Made by a program: the position numbers and the translations under genes. From the NCBI RefSeq assembly GCF_003018115.1, contig NZ_CP027457.1: a DNA stretch of 64,000 bases. One strand, written 5' to 3'. Shown piece by piece: positions 23,722 through 35,444 of the stretch. The notes below the pieces were generated by a model. It saw only the letters and a list, made by a program, of their open reading frames with translations. It did not search any database and was not told the DNA's origin. The stretch is from Escherichia coli (GTDB taxonomy: Bacteria > Pseudomonadota > Gammaproteobacteria > Enterobacterales > Enterobacteriaceae). Numbering within the stretch: the stretch's first letter is position 1; each line of letters begins with the position of its first letter.

Positions 23722-24773
23722 AATCCCAGCACCAGTTGTCTTTCCATTTGCGGATCCAGCAACGTCACATGCAGCCCCACCAGTCGCACACCGCGCCCGC
23801 CGCGGCGTTCATCCCAGGTTTTACGCGCGGTGGCGATTAAGTCAGCTTTATTCAGCCGCGGCCAGACGTGCTCCTGGGTGGTTTGCTGAAAATCGTCGAA
23901 CTTTAATTTCACCCCCTGGCGAGCAATCAGTAAATCAGGTTTTACCTTTGCCAGACGGCGTTCAAGTTCCGGATACAGCCGCTCGATAATCGCTTCACAT
24001 TCAGACCAGTGATGAATATCTTCCGCCATCGTGCGTTCCACGCCGACGGATTTTCGCAACCGTTCGCTGTTAACATCGCGTTCGTCAATCCCCTGACTAC
24101 GCTCCCACAAAATGCGGCCAAATTTGCCAAAGCGTTTAAGCAGCATCACCAGATCACACTTTTGTACATCACCGCAGGTCCGCAGCCCCATCGCTTCCAG
24201 TTTTGCCGCCGAGACTTTGCCGACGCCGGGGATTTTTGCCAGTGGTAAGGTTTGTAAAAATGCCGGAACTTCTGCCGGCGTAATCACAAACTGGCCGTTG
24301 GGTTTATTCATGTCGGAGGCGATTTTGGCGAGAAACTTTACTGGTGCCACGCCCGCAGACGCCGTCAGTTGCAGCTCGTTGAAAATCGTCTGGCGGATTT
24401 CCTGGGCAATGAGGGTCGCAGAACCGTGGCAATGGACGCTGTCGGTGACATCGAGATAAGCCTCATCCAGTGACAACGGCTCAATGCGAGAGGTGTAGCG
24501 CGAGAAGATTTCACGGATATGATTTGAGGCTTCTTTGTAGGCGTCAAAGCGCCCCGGAAGCAAGGTGAGATGTGGGCATAATTTGAGCGCCATCCCTGTC
24601 GGCATAGCGCTGCGTACGCCAAATTTACGCGCGGGATAATTAGCGGTGCTGATCACCCCCCGACGTTCGCGGCTGCCGCCAATAGCAATAGGGATATCGC
24701 GCAGGGCGGGATTGTCGCGCATCTCCACTGCGGCGAAAAAGCAGTCCATATCCACATGAATGATTTTACGCAT
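23718..24773 (-). CDS. dinB: DNA polymerase IV
   Basis: 351 aa [33 protein letters not shown] (Y-family polymerase). Confidence 0.95.
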
Positions 24774-24787
24774 TACTCACCTCTCAA

Positions 24788-24805
24788 CACTGGTAAAGTA
24801 TACAG
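24788..24805 (-). promoter_or_regulatory. LexA (SOS) box upstream of dinB
   Basis: Reverse complement CTGTATACTTTACCAGTG fits CTGT-N8-ACAG. Confidence 0.75.
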
Positions 24806-24843
24806 TGATTTCAGGGTTTGAGAAATGCGTAAAGATTCAGCAT

Positions 24844-25575
24844 TTAGCGCGTTCGCTGCGAAAGCACCTGCTGCTTATCCAGCTTTTGCACCAGCGGCTG
24901 CACCACTTTATCCCCATGCTGACCAAAGTATTGATACAGCGTATCGGACGCACTTTTGGTCAGCACCATAATCTCAATACGCCGATTGCCCGCGCTTTGC
25001 GGATTTTTGGCATCCAGCAGCATCTGGTCAGCCATTGCGCTTACCTGCATCACTTTATCTTCCGGCATTCCGGCCTCTTCCAGCACCCGACGAGCCGAAA
25101 GCGCGCGGTCACCCGAAAGGTTCCAGTTGTTGTAGATATTGTTTTTGTAAGCCATCGCATCGGTATGCCCGGTAATAATAATTTTGTTATCGAGCGAGTC
25201 GAACACTGGCGCGAGCTCCACCAGCAAAGTTTTAAAGAACGGCATAATCTGCGCGCTGCCGCGTTCGAACATATTGCGATTCTGGTCGTCTTTAATCAGC
25301 ACGCGTAATCCCTGCGGGACAATCTCCATCTCCAGATTCGCTTCCATATGCGCATCACGGGCAATGGTGTTGATACTGGTTGCCAGCTCGCCAAGCTCGG
25401 TGGCGGATTTCTTCTTCAGCAGCGCCGTTTTCTCATTCACATCACGCGCTTTTTTCTCCGTCTCTTCCGGCACCGCCACGGTGGCAGGTTTTGGCGGATG
25501 AGACGGGCTGATTTTATTTAACGGCGACAGCCCACCACCGTTAAAAATCGACTGCCCGTGCAGCGCGGCGATAAT
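24844..25575 (-). pseudogene. lafU: lafU (mbhA) MotB-like flagellar motor protein, 5'-truncated; Flag-2 remnant
   Basis: C-terminal OmpA-like domain (NWNLSGDRALSARRVLEEAGM... RRIEIMV) present, N-terminal TM segment absent; upstream part of ORF is antisense of lfhA fragment. Confidence 0.75.
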
Positions 25576-25599
25576 GCTTTCACGCTCGGATTTACTGAC

Positions 25600-27313
25600 G
25601 CTGTTGACAATCAACTTTATCGTCGTCACCAAAGGGGCCGAGCGTATTTCCGAGGTTTCTGCCCGCTTTACCCTGGACGCGATGCCCGGCAAACAGATGG
25701 CGATTGACGCCGACCTTAACGCCGGGTTGATCAACCAGGCGCAGGCGCAAACCCGGCGTAAAGATGTCGCCAGCGAGGCCGATTTCTACGGCGCGATGGA
25801 CGGGGCGTCAAAGTTTGTGCGCGGGGATGCCATCGCCGGGATGATGATTCTGGCAATCAACCTGATCGGCGGCGTCTGTATCGGGATCTTCAAATACAAC
25901 CTGAGCGCCGACGCCGCCTTCCAGCAATATGTGCTGATGACCATCGGCGATGGGCTGGTGGCGCAGATCCCTTCCCTGCTGCTCTCCACCGCGGCGGCGA
26001 TTATCGTCACCCGCGTCAGCGACAACGGCGATATCGCCCATGACGTGCGCCACCAGCTGCTGGCAAGCCCGTCGGTGCTCTACACCGCTACCGGGATCAT
26101 GTTCGTGCTGGCGGTGGTACCGGGGATGCCGCACCTGCCGTTTTTGCTGTTCAGCGCCCTGCTTGGTTTTACCGGCTGGCGGATGAGCAAACGCCCGCAG
26201 GCGGCAGAGGCGGAAGAGAAAAGCCTCGAAACGCTAACCCGCACCATCACCGAAACCAGCGAGCAACAGGTCAGTTGGGAAACCATTCCGCTGATCGAGC
26301 CCATCAGCTTAAGCCTCGGCTACAAACTGGTGGCGCTGGTGGACAAAGCGCAGGGCAACCCGCTCACCCAGCGGATTCGCGGCGTGCGGCAGGTGATTTC
26401 TGACGGCAACGGCGTGCTGCTGCCGGAGATCCGCATTCGGGAAAACTTCCGCCTCAAGCCGAGCCAGTACGCCATTTTCATCAACGGCATTAAGGCCGAT
26501 GAAGCGGATATTCCGGCGGATAAACTGATGGCCCTGCCCTCCAGCGAAACCTACGGCGAGATAGACGGCGTGCTGGGGAACGACCCGGCGTACGGGTTGC
26601 CGGTGACCTGGATCCAGCCTGCGCAGAAAGCGAAGGCGCTGAATATGGGGTATCAGGTGATCGACAGCGCCAGCGTGATTGCCACCCATGTGAATAAGAT
26701 TGTACGCAGCTATATTCCTGATTTGTTTAACTATGACGACATCACACAGTTGCATAACCGTTTGTCGTCGATGGCACCGCGCCTGGCAGAAGACTTAAGC
26801 GCGGCGCTGAATTACAGCCAGTTGCTGAAAGTGTACCGGGCGTTACTGACCGAAGGCGTTTCCCTGCGCGATATCGTCACCATCGCCACCGTGCTGGTCG
26901 CCAGTAGCGCGGTGACCAAAGATCATATTCTGCTGGCAGCCGATGTGCGCCTGGCGCTGCGGCGCAGCATTACCCATTCGTTTGTTCGCAAGCAGGAGCT
27001 GACGGTGTATACGCTGAATAATGAGCTGGAAAATCTGCTGACCAACGTGGTGAATCAGGCGCAACAGGGCGGGAAAGTGATGCTCGACAGCGTGCCGGTC
27101 GCCCCGAATATGCTCAACCAGTTCCAGAACACGATGCCGCAGGTAAAAGAGCAGATGAAAGCGGCGGGGAAAGACCCGGTGCTGCTGGTGCCGCCGCAGC
27201 TTCGCCCTTTGCTGGCGCGCTATGCGAGATTGTTTGCGCCGGGACTGCATGTGCTGTCGTATAATGAAGTGCCGGACGAGCTGGAGTTGAAGATTATGGG
27301 GGCGTTGATGTAA
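25600..27313 (+). pseudogene. lfhA: lfhA (fhiA) FlhA-like flagellar export protein, 5'-truncated; Flag-2 remnant
   Basis: Homology starts mid-protein (NFIVVTKGAERISEVSARFTLDAMPGKQMAIDADLNAG); lacks N-terminal TM domain. Confidence 0.75.
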
Positions 27314-27319
27314 GAATCC

Positions 27320-27500
27320 GGCATCGGTGCACAATTGCCGGATGCGGCGTGAACGCCTTATCCGGCCTACCGTTCAGGCACAGGTTTCCAGGCATGATAA
27401 GACGCGCCAGCGTCGCATCAGGCATCCGCGCACAACTGCCGGATGCGGCACAGATTTGTAGGCCGGATAAGCGTAAGCGCATCCGGCACCAGCGCACAAT
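27320..27500. repeat. REP/BIME cluster (several REP units)
   Basis: Repeated GCCGGATGCGGCGTGAACGCCTTATCCGGCCTAC-type palindromes. Confidence 0.85.
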
Positions 27501-27997
27501 TATAAAATAATACGCTCGCCAGCATTTAAATCCGTTATGTCTCCCGCCCAATCGATGGGATATAACCCTCGCGCAACATCGCGATGGAACGTTGAGAATG
27601 GCCAATCACACACCTGCTTAACCCAGCCATGTTTCACTGGATTTATATAAATATAATCAACATGATGCCGATAATCTTTTGTATTACGGATGGCATGCTC
27701 CCAAAAACGCGGTTGCCAGATATTTTTCAATCCGCAAGCATGGGTGAACTGCTTTTTAATCTCTCTCCAGCGCGAGGAAAAATCATCATCGCCTTCAGGT
27801 AATGTCCATATGCAATGCATATGCTCTGGTAAAACGACCCAAGCGTTGATTTCAAAAGGTCTGTCTCGCTTAACTTTAATAATAGCGTTACGGAGCATCT
27901 GGAACTGAGCGGTCAGAAGGTGGCTTCGACGATTTCGTAGGTTAACCGTGAAAAACCAGGTTCCCCCCTTGATGTAATACCGACGATATTCAGACAT
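27500..27997 (-). CDS. rayT: REP-associated tyrosine transposase RayT (TnpA-REP)
   Basis: 165 aa; IS200/IS605-like HUH transposase fold, flanked on both sides by REP sequences. Confidence 0.85.
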   Translation of the reverse strand: MSEYRRYYIKGGTWFFTVNLRNRRSHLLTAQFQMLRNAIIKVKRDRPFEINAWVVLPEHMHCIWTLPEGDDDFSSRWREIKKQFTHACGLKNIWQPRFWEHAIRNTKDYRHHVDYIYINPVKHGWVKQVCDWPFSTFHRDVARGLYPIDWAGDITDLNAGERIIL

Positions 27998-28059
27998 AGC
28001 GACTCCTTTTTCTCAACGGTAAGAAGAAAAGGAAAGGTCGGCAATGAGGTGATGGAATA

Positions 28060-28170
28060 ACGGGAAAGCGGCTCGCAAAAACGCACAAATTTGTAGGCAT
28101 GATAAGACGCGTCAGCGTCGCATCAGGCATCCGTGCACAACCGCCGGATGCGGCGTAAACGCCTTATCCG
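28060..28170. repeat. REP cluster
   Basis: TGTAGGCATGATAAGACGCGTCAGCGTCGCATCAGGCATC...GCCGGATGCGGCGTAAACGCCTTATCCG. Confidence 0.85.
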
Positions 28171-28172
28171 TC

Positions 28173-28922
28173 CTACAAAATCGTCTCCTCCGTCAAAATC
28201 CGTCGCGCGCCTAAAAAATGATCCTGCCAGAAAGGTTCAGCTAACCGACTTACCCGAATGGTTTCCCCGGTGCGCGGTGACTCAATAAACTGACCGTCTC
28301 CCAGATACACCCCCATATGGTCGGCAATCTCACGACTGTGAATATGGAAAAACAGCAAATCTCCCCGGCGCAGGTCGTTGTTCGCCACAATCGTTGCCCG
28401 ATGGTAGTGATACATCTCATTGGCTGTGCGCGGGAGCTTAGCCTCAAGGATCTTGTTGTAGGCATAAAAAACCAACCCGCTACAGTCGAAGCCTTTATCG
28501 GGCCGCGTGCCGCCCCAGACGTAAGGCTTGCCAAGTTGCTGTTCCAGGCGGTGAATCGCCACTTCGGTGATGTTATGCAGATGGTCACTGCTTAGAAAGT
28601 GGTTGTTTTCCGCCAGCGCCTGCCAGCGTCTGTCACTCGCCTTGAGCGGTGCAGGAAACCATTCTGGATGCTGTTTTATCTGCTCCCGGTTGTGCTGGCG
28701 TAGCGCCCTTCTGCTTTCGGCATTGCCTTCCACAATATAGCTGGCCTGTTTTTTCAGATGGGTTTGGTACTGTTTTAATAAACGCGCACGGTTTTGCATC
28801 CGCTGGCGGGCGGCGTAGCTGAAAGAGATATGTGATGTGGTGGCGCTGGCAAATGAAGAAAACGGCAAACAAATCAACAGTAATCCCGACAATACAAAGG
28901 ATGGAATCGACGGCAAGGACAT
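28173..28922 (-). CDS. yafL: NlpC/P60 family lipoprotein peptidase YafL
   Basis: Signal/lipobox region MSLPSIPSFVLSGLLLICLPFSSFA; C-terminal NlpC/P60 Cys-His domain (DCSGLVFYAY...H); start at internal Met. Confidence 0.8.
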   Translation of the reverse strand: MSLPSIPSFVLSGLLLICLPFSSFASATTSHISFSYAARQRMQNRARLLKQYQTHLKKQASYIVEGNAESRRALRQHNREQIKQHPEWFPAPLKASDRRWQALAENNHFLSSDHLHNITEVAIHRLEQQLGKPYVWGGTRPDKGFDCSGLVFYAYNKILEAKLPRTANEMYHYHRATIVANNDLRRGDLLFFHIHSREIADHMGVYLGDGQFIESPRTGETIRVSRLAEPFWQDHFLGARRILTEETIL

Positions 28923-29099
28923 ACTCAATAATGGCTGGTCATGCTTTAATGTTGCAGTGTATCCCGGATCGTTTCTGAACAAACTTAATAAACCATTATT
29001 ATAAAATTAACATATATATTTCAGTGAATTATGTAAATACATCAGTTTATTGAATTGCTCATGAATTGCCGCTGTTGCTCAATTGAGCTACAATTCAAG

Positions 29100-29115
29100 C
29101 TGAATATATATACAG
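29100..29115 (+). promoter_or_regulatory. LexA box in dinJ promoter
   Basis: CTGAATATATATACAG palindrome 17 bp upstream of dinJ ATG. Confidence 0.6.
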
Positions 29116-29131
29116 CACAGGAGATACCCCA

Positions 29132-29392
29132 ATGGCTGCTAACGCGTTTGTTCGCGCCCGAATCGATGAAGATCTGAAGAATCAGGCGGCGGACGTACTG
29201 GCCGGGATGGGGCTGACCATCTCTGACCTGGTTCGCATAACCCTCACAAAGGTCGCGCGTGAAAAGGCATTGCCGTTTGATTTACGCGAGCCTAATCAAT
29301 TAACCATTCAATCAATCAAAAACAGCGAAGCTGGCGTTGATGTTCATAAGGCCAAAGACGCCGATGATTTATTTGATAAATTAGGAATTTAA
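29132..29392 (+). CDS. dinJ: Antitoxin DinJ
   Basis: 86 aa MAANAFVRARIDEDLKNQAADVLAGMGLTISDLVRI. Confidence 0.95.
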   Translation: MAANAFVRARIDEDLKNQAADVLAGMGLTISDLVRITLTKVAREKALPFDLREPNQLTIQSIKNSEAGVDVHKAKDADDLFDKLGI

Positions 29393-29394
29393 AT

Positions 29395-29673
29395 ATGATT
29401 CAAAGGGATATTGAATACTCGGGACAATTTTCAAAGGATGTAAAACTTGCACAAAAGCGTCATAAGGATATGAATAAATTGAAATATCTTATGACGCTTC
29501 TTATCAATAATACTTTACCGCTTCCAGCTGTTTATAAAGACCACCCGCTGCAAGGTTCATGGAAAGGTTATCGCGATGCTCATGTCAAACCGGACTGGAT
29601 CCTGATTTACAAACTTACCGATAAACTCTTACGATTTGAGAGAACTGGAACTCACGCGGCGCTCTTTGGGTAA
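29395..29673 (+). CDS. yafQ: mRNA interferase toxin YafQ (RelE family)
   Basis: 92 aa MIQRDIEYSGQFSKDVKLAQKRHKDM...; 2 nt after dinJ stop. Confidence 0.95.
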   Translation: MIQRDIEYSGQFSKDVKLAQKRHKDMNKLKYLMTLLINNTLPLPAVYKDHPLQGSWKGYRDAHVKPDWILIYKLTDKLLRFERTGTHAALFG

Positions 29674-29828
29674 AGCCCGCTTCCGATGAAATTTGTAAAC
29701 CCTGCGCCGACAGGCTTGCGTAAAACTCTTTTGGTGATAATGTGAGCCTTCCAAATCCAGACTATTCCGATTTGGGATCCATTTTGCCGTCCTGGCGTGT
29801 GTAACCGTTTTATCAAGGAATAAGCAGT

Positions 29829-30569
29829 ATGCGTAAAATCGCATTAATTCTTGCGATGTTGTTGATCCCGTGCGTTTCGTTTGCCGGTTTGCTGGGCAGC
29901 AGTAGCTCGACCACGCCAGTGAGCAAAGAGTATAAGCAGCAGTTGATGGGATCCCCTGTCTACATCCAGATCTTCAAGGAAGAACGTACGCTCGATCTCT
30001 ACGTCAAAATGGGCGAGCAATATCAACTGCTCGACAGCTATAAAATCTGTAAATATTCCGGCGGCTTAGGGCCAAAACAGCGTCAGGGCGATTTCAAAAG
30101 CCCGGAAGGGTTTTATAGTGTCCAGCGTAATCAGTTAAAACCAGACAGCCGTTACTACAAAGCGATTAATATTGGTTTCCCCAATGCCTATGACCGTGCG
30201 CATGGTTATGAAGGGAAATACCTGATGATCCACGGCGATTGTGTTTCCATCGGCTGCTACGCAATGACCAATCAGGGTATTGATGAGATCTTCCAGTTCG
30301 TTACTGGTGCGCTGGTGTTTGGTCAGCCGAGCGTGCAAGTGAGTATTTACCCGTTCCGCATGACCGACGCCAATATGAAGCGCCATAAATATTCCAACTT
30401 TAAGGACTTCTGGGAGCAACTGAAGCCGGGTTACGACTACTTTGAGCAAACCCGTAAGCCACCGACCGTTTCTGTGGTCAATGGCCGTTACGTGGTCAGC
30501 AAGCCGTTAAGCCACGAAGTGGTGCAGCCACAACTGGCATCAAACTACACGCTCCCCGAGGCAAAATAA
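29829..30569 (+). CDS. yafK: Periplasmic L,D-transpeptidase-fold protein YafK
   Basis: 246 aa with signal peptide; YkuD-like catalytic core [12 protein letters not shown]. Confidence 0.9.
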   Translation: MRKIALILAMLLIPCVSFAGLLGSSSSTTPVSKEYKQQLMGSPVYIQIFKEERTLDLYVKMGEQYQLLDSYKICKYSGGLGPKQRQGDFKSPEGFYSVQRNQLKPDSRYYKAINIGFPNAYDRAHGYEGKYLMIHGDCVSIGCYAMTNQGIDEIFQFVTGALVFGQPSVQVSIYPFRMTDANMKRHKYSNFKDFWEQLKPGYDYFEQTRKPPTVSVVNGRYVVSKPLSHEVVQPQLASNYTLPEAK

Positions 30570-31307
30570 GCGCCATTCGCCTGGCATAATTTTTTGCCAG
30601 GTTTCATTGCCCGTCAGCGGCTGTGTCGCAATCACCGTGACCACATCATTCGGTGTGGTCTGCGAGCTGAAGTCGATTTCCACATCCTGATCCAGCAACG
30701 TTGCCACGCCAAACGGCGCGCGGCGGGTGATCCAGTGTAAATTAGTCGAGCAATACGCCATCACATAGCGCCCGTCAGAAAGCAGCATGTTGAAAACGCC
30801 CTTCTGCCGCAGTTCATCCGCCAGTGAGGCGATATATTTAAATACCGCCGCCATGTTGCCCGGTGTGCGCGGGTAACGCTGCGTTAATTTATGCAGCAGC
30901 CAGCAGAAGGCTTTTTCGCTGTCGGTTTCGCCTACCGGGCGGAAGTTGCCGGTTTCCAGTGATTTGTAGCCCGTCAGTTGTCCGTTATGGGCATAAGTCC
31001 AGTTACGCCCCCATAACTCGCGGGTAAACGGGTGAGTATTTTCCAGCGCCACCTCGCCCCGATTAGCCTGCCGAATATGAGCCACCACCGAACAGGATTT
31101 TATCGGGTAGTCCTGGACAAGTTTGGCGATGGGGGAATTAAAGCTGGGTTGTGGATCTTTAAATGTGCGACAGCCTTTACCTTCGTAAAAGGTAATGCCC
31201 CAGCCATCTTTATGTGGCCCGGTTCCACCACCACGCTGTACAAGCCCGGTGAAACTAAAGCAGATATCGGTAGGGACGTTGGCGCTCATCCCGAGCAATT
31301 CGCACAT
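30540..31307 (-). CDS. yafJ: Class II glutamine amidotransferase YafJ
   Basis: N-terminal MCELLGMS (Ntn Cys2); start set at internal Met (255 aa). Confidence 0.9.
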   Translation of the reverse strand: MCELLGMSANVPTDICFSFTGLVQRGGGTGPHKDGWGITFYEGKGCRTFKDPQPSFNSPIAKLVQDYPIKSCSVVAHIRQANRGEVALENTHPFTRELWGRNWTYAHNGQLTGYKSLETGNFRPVGETDSEKAFCWLLHKLTQRYPRTPGNMAAVFKYIASLADELRQKGVFNMLLSDGRYVMAYCSTNLHWITRRAPFGVATLLDQDVEIDFSSQTTPNDVVTVIATQPLTGNETWQKIMPGEWRLFCLGERVV

Positions 31308-31369
31308 GGGTAACCTCCACAACAGCGGGAGCGCATGGCCCCCGGCGAAGATTGATTTAAGAATTTTGA

Positions 31370-31505
31370 GGTCGGATGCGGCGTGAACGCATTATTCGGC
31401 CTACGGTTCGCGTACAGATTTGTAGGCATGATAAGACGCGTCAGCGTCGCATCAGGCATCAGCGCACAAATGCCGGATGCGGCGTAAACGTCTTATCCGG
31501 CCTAC
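31370..31505. repeat. REP/BIME cluster
   Basis: GGATGCGGCGTGAACGC...TGTAGGCATGATAAGACGCGTCAGCGTCGCATCAGGCATC...GCCGGATGCGGCGTAAACG. Confidence 0.85.
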
Positions 31506-31512
31506 GCCAGAC

Positions 31513-32091
31513 TTACTTAACCATCTCTTTTTCAATTAACTGGATCAGGATATGGATCACTTTAATATGGATCTCCTGAATGCGGTCGGCATAACCAAAG
31601 TGCGGAACGCGAATTTCGATATCCGCCGTGCCAGCCATTTTGCCGCCGTCTTTACCGGTCAGGGTGATCACTTTCATCCCCTTCTCACGCGCCGCTGCGA
31701 TCGCTTTGATCACGTTTGCAGAGTTACCGGAGGTGGAGATCCCCAGCAGTACATCGCCTTCGCGACCTACCGCTTCAACGTAGCGGGAGAAAATATCATT
31801 GAAACCGAAATCATTACCGACGCAGGAAATATGACTAACGTCAGAAATGGCAATCGCCGGGTAGCCCGGACGGTTTTCACGGTAGCGACCGGTCAACTCT
31901 TCGGCAAAGTGCATGGCGTCGCAATGGGAACCGCCGTTGCCGCAGGAAAGCACTTTGCCACCGGCTTTAAAGCTATCTGCTAACAGGACCGCCGCGCGCT
32001 GAATGGCGTGAATATTGGCGTCATCTTTTAAAAAGTTAGCCAGCGTTTCCGCCGCTTCGTTCAGTTCGTTACGAATAAGATCCTGGTACAT
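31513..32091 (-). CDS. gmhA: Phosphoheptose isomerase (sedoheptulose-7-P isomerase)
   Basis: 192 aa from [17 protein letters not shown]; SIS domain; ORF extends upstream to 32253 but canonical start is internal. Confidence 0.95.
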
Positions 32092-32330
32092 GAGGATATC
32101 CTTCAGCATAAATGTAATAGACAAAATGCAGTGTACCGGATACCGCCAAAAGCGAGAAGTACGGGCAGGTGCTATGACCAGGACTTTTTGACCTGAAGTG
32201 CGGATAAAAACAGCAACAATGTGAGCTTTGCTGTAATTATATTGTAAACACATTGCTAAATGTTTTTACATCCACTACAACCATATCATCACAAGTGGTC
32301 AGACCTCCTACAAGTAAGGGGCTTTTCGTT

Positions 32331-34775
32331 ATGATGATTTTGAGTATTCTCGCTACGGTTGTCCTGCTCGGCGCGTTGTTCTATCACCGCGTGAGCTTAT
32401 TTATCAGCAGTCTGATTTTGCTCGCCTGGACAGCCGCCCTCGGCGTTGCTGGTCTGTGGTCGGCGTGGGTACTGGTGCCTCTGGCCATTATCCTCGTGCC
32501 ATTTAACTTTGCGCCTATGCGTAAGTCGATGATTTCCGCGCCGGTATTTCGCGGTTTCCGTAAGGTGATGCCGCCGATGTCGCGCACTGAGAAAGAAGCG
32601 ATTGATGCGGGCACCACCTGGTGGGAGGGCGACTTGTTCCAGGGCAAGCCGGACTGGAAAAAGCTGCATAACTATCCGCAGCCGCGCCTGACGGCTGAAG
32701 AGCAAGCGTTTCTCGACGGCCCGGTAGAAGAAGCCTGCCGGATGGCGAATGATTTCCAGATCACCCATGAACTGGCGGATCTGCCGCCAGAGTTGTGGGC
32801 GTACCTTAAAGAGCATCGCTTCTTCGCGATGATCATCAAAAAAGAGTACGGCGGGCTGGAGTTCTCGGCTTATGCCCAGTCTCGTGTGCTGCAAAAACTC
32901 TCCGGCGTGAGCGGGATCCTGGCGATTACCGTCGGCGTGCCGAACTCATTAGGCCCGGGCGAGCTGCTGCAACATTACGGCACTGACGAGCAGAAAGATC
33001 ACTATCTGCCGCGTCTGGCGCGTGGTCAGGAAATCCCTTGTTTTGCGCTAACCAGCCCGGAAGCGGGTTCCGATGCGGGCGCGATTCCGGACACCGGGAT
33101 TGTCTGCATGGGTGAATGGCAGGGCCAGCAGGTGCTGGGCATGCGACTGACCTGGAACAAACGCTACATTACGCTGGCACCGATTGCGACCGTGCTGGGT
33201 CTGGCGTTTAAACTCTCCGACCCGGAAAAATTACTCGGCGGTGCAGAAGATTTAGGCATTACCTGTGCGCTGATCCCGACCACCACGCCGGGCGTGGAAA
33301 TTGGTCGTCGCCACTTCCCGCTGAACGTACCGTTCCAGAACGGACCGACGCGCGGTAAAGATGTCTTCGTGCCGATCGATTACATCATCGGCGGGCCGAA
33401 AATGGCCGGGCAAGGCTGGCGGATGCTGGTGGAGTGCCTCTCGGTAGGCCGCGGCATCACACTGCCTTCCAACTCAACCGGCGGCGTGAAATCGGTAGCG
33501 CTGGCAACCGGCGCGTATGCTCACATTCGCCGTCAGTTCAAAATCTCTATCGGTAAGATGGAAGGGATTGAAGAGCCGCTGGCGCGTATTGCCGGGAACG
33601 CTTATGTAATGGATGCTGCGGCATCGCTGATTACCTACGGCATTATGCTCGGCGAAAAACCTGCCGTGCTGTCGGCTATCGTTAAGTATCACTGTACCCA
33701 CCGCGGGCAGCAGTCGATTATTGATGCGATGGATATTACTGGTGGCAAAGGCATTATGCTCGGGCAAAGCAACTTCCTGGCGCGTGCTTACCAGGGCGCA
33801 CCGATTGCCATCACCGTTGAAGGGGCTAACATTCTGACCCGCAGCATGATGATCTTCGGACAAGGAGCGATTCGTTGCCATCCGTACGTGCTGGAAGAGA
33901 TGGAAGCGGCGAAGAACAATGACGTCAACGCGTTCGATAAACTGTTGTTCAAACATATCGGTCACGTCGGTAGCAACAAAGTTCGCAGCTTCTGGCTGGG
34001 CCTGACGCGCGGTTTAACCAGCAGCACGCCAACCGGCGATGCCACTAAACGCTACTATCAGCACCTGAACCGCCTGAGCGCCAACCTCGCCCTGCTTTCT
34101 GATGTCTCGATGGCAGTGCTGGGCGGCAGCCTGAAACGTCGTGAGCGTATCTCGGCACGTCTGGGGGATATTTTAAGCCAGCTTTACCTCGCCTCTGCCG
34201 TTCTGAAGCGTTATGACGACGAAGGCCGTAATGAAGCCGATCTGCCGCTGGTGCACTGGGGCGTACAGGATGCGCTGTATCAGGCAGAACAGGCGATGGA
34301 CGATTTACTGCAAAACTTCCCGAACCGCGTGGTTGCCGGGCTGCTGAATGTGGTGATCTTCCCGACCGGACGTCATTATCTGGCACCGTCTGACAAGCTG
34401 GATCATAAAGTGGCGAAGATTTTACAAGTGCCGAACGCCACCCGTTCCCGCATTGGTCGCGGTCAGTACCTGACGCCGAGCGAGCATAACCCGGTTGGTT
34501 TACTGGAAGAGGCGCTGGTGGATGTGATTGCCGCCGACCCGATTCATCAGCGGATCTGTAAAGAGCTGGGTAAAAACCTGCCATTTACCCGTCTGGATGA
34601 ACTGGCGCACAACGCGCTGGCGAAGGGGCTGATTGATAAAGATGAAGCCGCTATTCTGGTGAAAGCTGAAGAAAGCCGTCTGCGCAGTATTAACGTTGAT
34701 GACTTTGATCCGGAAGAGATGGCGACGAAGCCGGTAAAGTTGCCGGAGAAAGTGCGGAAAGTTGAAGCCGCGTAA
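32331..34775 (+). CDS. fadE: Acyl-CoA dehydrogenase FadE
   Basis: 814 aa from [21 protein letters not shown]. Confidence 0.95.
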   Translation: MMILSILATVVLLGALFYHRVSLFISSLILLAWTAALGVAGLWSAWVLVPLAIILVPFNFAPMRKSMISAPVFRGFRKVMPPMSRTEKEAIDAGTTWWEGDLFQGKPDWKKLHNYPQPRLTAEEQAFLDGPVEEACRMANDFQITHELADLPPELWAYLKEHRFFAMIIKKEYGGLEFSAYAQSRVLQKLSGVSGILAITVGVPNSLGPGELLQHYGTDEQKDHYLPRLARGQEIPCFALTSPEAGSDAGAIPDTGIVCMGEWQGQQVLGMRLTWNKRYITLAPIATVLGLAFKLSDPEKLLGGAEDLGITCALIPTTTPGVEIGRRHFPLNVPFQNGPTRGKDVFVPIDYIIGGPKMAGQGWRMLVECLSVGRGITLPSNSTGGVKSVALATGAYAHIRRQFKISIGKMEGIEEPLARIAGNAYVMDAAASLITYGIMLGEKPAVLSAIVKYHCTHRGQQSIIDAMDITGGKGIMLGQSNFLARAYQGAPIAITVEGANILTRSMMIFGQGAIRCHPYVLEEMEAAKNNDVNAFDKLLFKHIGHVGSNKVRSFWLGLTRGLTSSTPTGDATKRYYQHLNRLSANLALLSDVSMAVLGGSLKRRERISARLGDILSQLYLASAVLKRYDDEGRNEADLPLVHWGVQDALYQAEQAMDDLLQNFPNRVVAGLLNVVIFPTGRHYLAPSDKLDHKVAKILQVPNATRSRIGRGQYLTPSEHNPVGLLEEALVDVIAADPIHQRICKELGKNLPFTRLDELAHNALAKGLIDKDEAAILVKAEESRLRSINVDDFDPEEMATKPVKLPEKVRKVEAA

Positions 34776-34817
34776 TTGAATAACGGAGCCGAAAGGCTCC
34801 GTTTCTTTATCCGCTAA

Positions 34818-35291
34818 TTATTTAAAATTAAAGCCATCCGGATGGTTTTCCAGGCTGCCGGTCAACGCCGCGAACAGCACCGTTTTACCATCAATCGAAA
34901 GCGCATCGTTCACATTCAACCAGGTGAGTTTCTCTTGCGACGTTTTCTCATCAATAGTCGAGAACAGCCCCGTCATCTGATTAGATTTCTCGGACCACAT
35001 CACAGCGATACGTTGCGAGCCACAGTCATGCGGTTTGCACGCGCTCATCACCTGATACGTCTCATCTCCCAACGTTACGGTTTGTGCAGGGGTATAAGTA
35101 CCGCCTTTCATCACCCAGGCAGGCAGCTTATGCCCTTGCACCATCTGATTAAATGCAGCTTTGGTGGTTTCGCCCTTTGCAAGGCTGCTAATGGTTAAAT
35201 CATCCTGCGCCATTGCACTGGTGGCGATGACCAGTGCGGCGACTGTCGTTATTGCCTTAAACATCATTCCTCCCGAGCTTATCCTGCCCAT
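34818..35291 (-). CDS. ivy: Inhibitor of vertebrate lysozyme Ivy
   Basis: 157 aa; signal peptide; CKPHDC motif. Confidence 0.95.
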   Translation of the reverse strand: MGRISSGGMMFKAITTVAALVIATSAMAQDDLTISSLAKGETTKAAFNQMVQGHKLPAWVMKGGTYTPAQTVTLGDETYQVMSACKPHDCGSQRIAVMWSEKSNQMTGLFSTIDEKTSQEKLTWLNVNDALSIDGKTVLFAALTGSLENHPDGFNFK

Positions 35292-35444
35292 GTTATTAAC
35301 CTTCTAAAGCCTGGCGATAACACGATAATTTGCAAATCAGATATTTCCAATATCAGCATTTGTTATCAATTTATTCTGCGCTAAGGCAACTGCCTGATAA
35401 GGTGTTAAAGTTATAAAACCCTTCGCATAAAGGAGTTGTACACC

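Noticed and set aside
27294-27605. 103-aa minus-strand ORF over the REP cluster
   Set aside because: Reads through palindromic REP units and overlaps rayT; repeat-derived artefact
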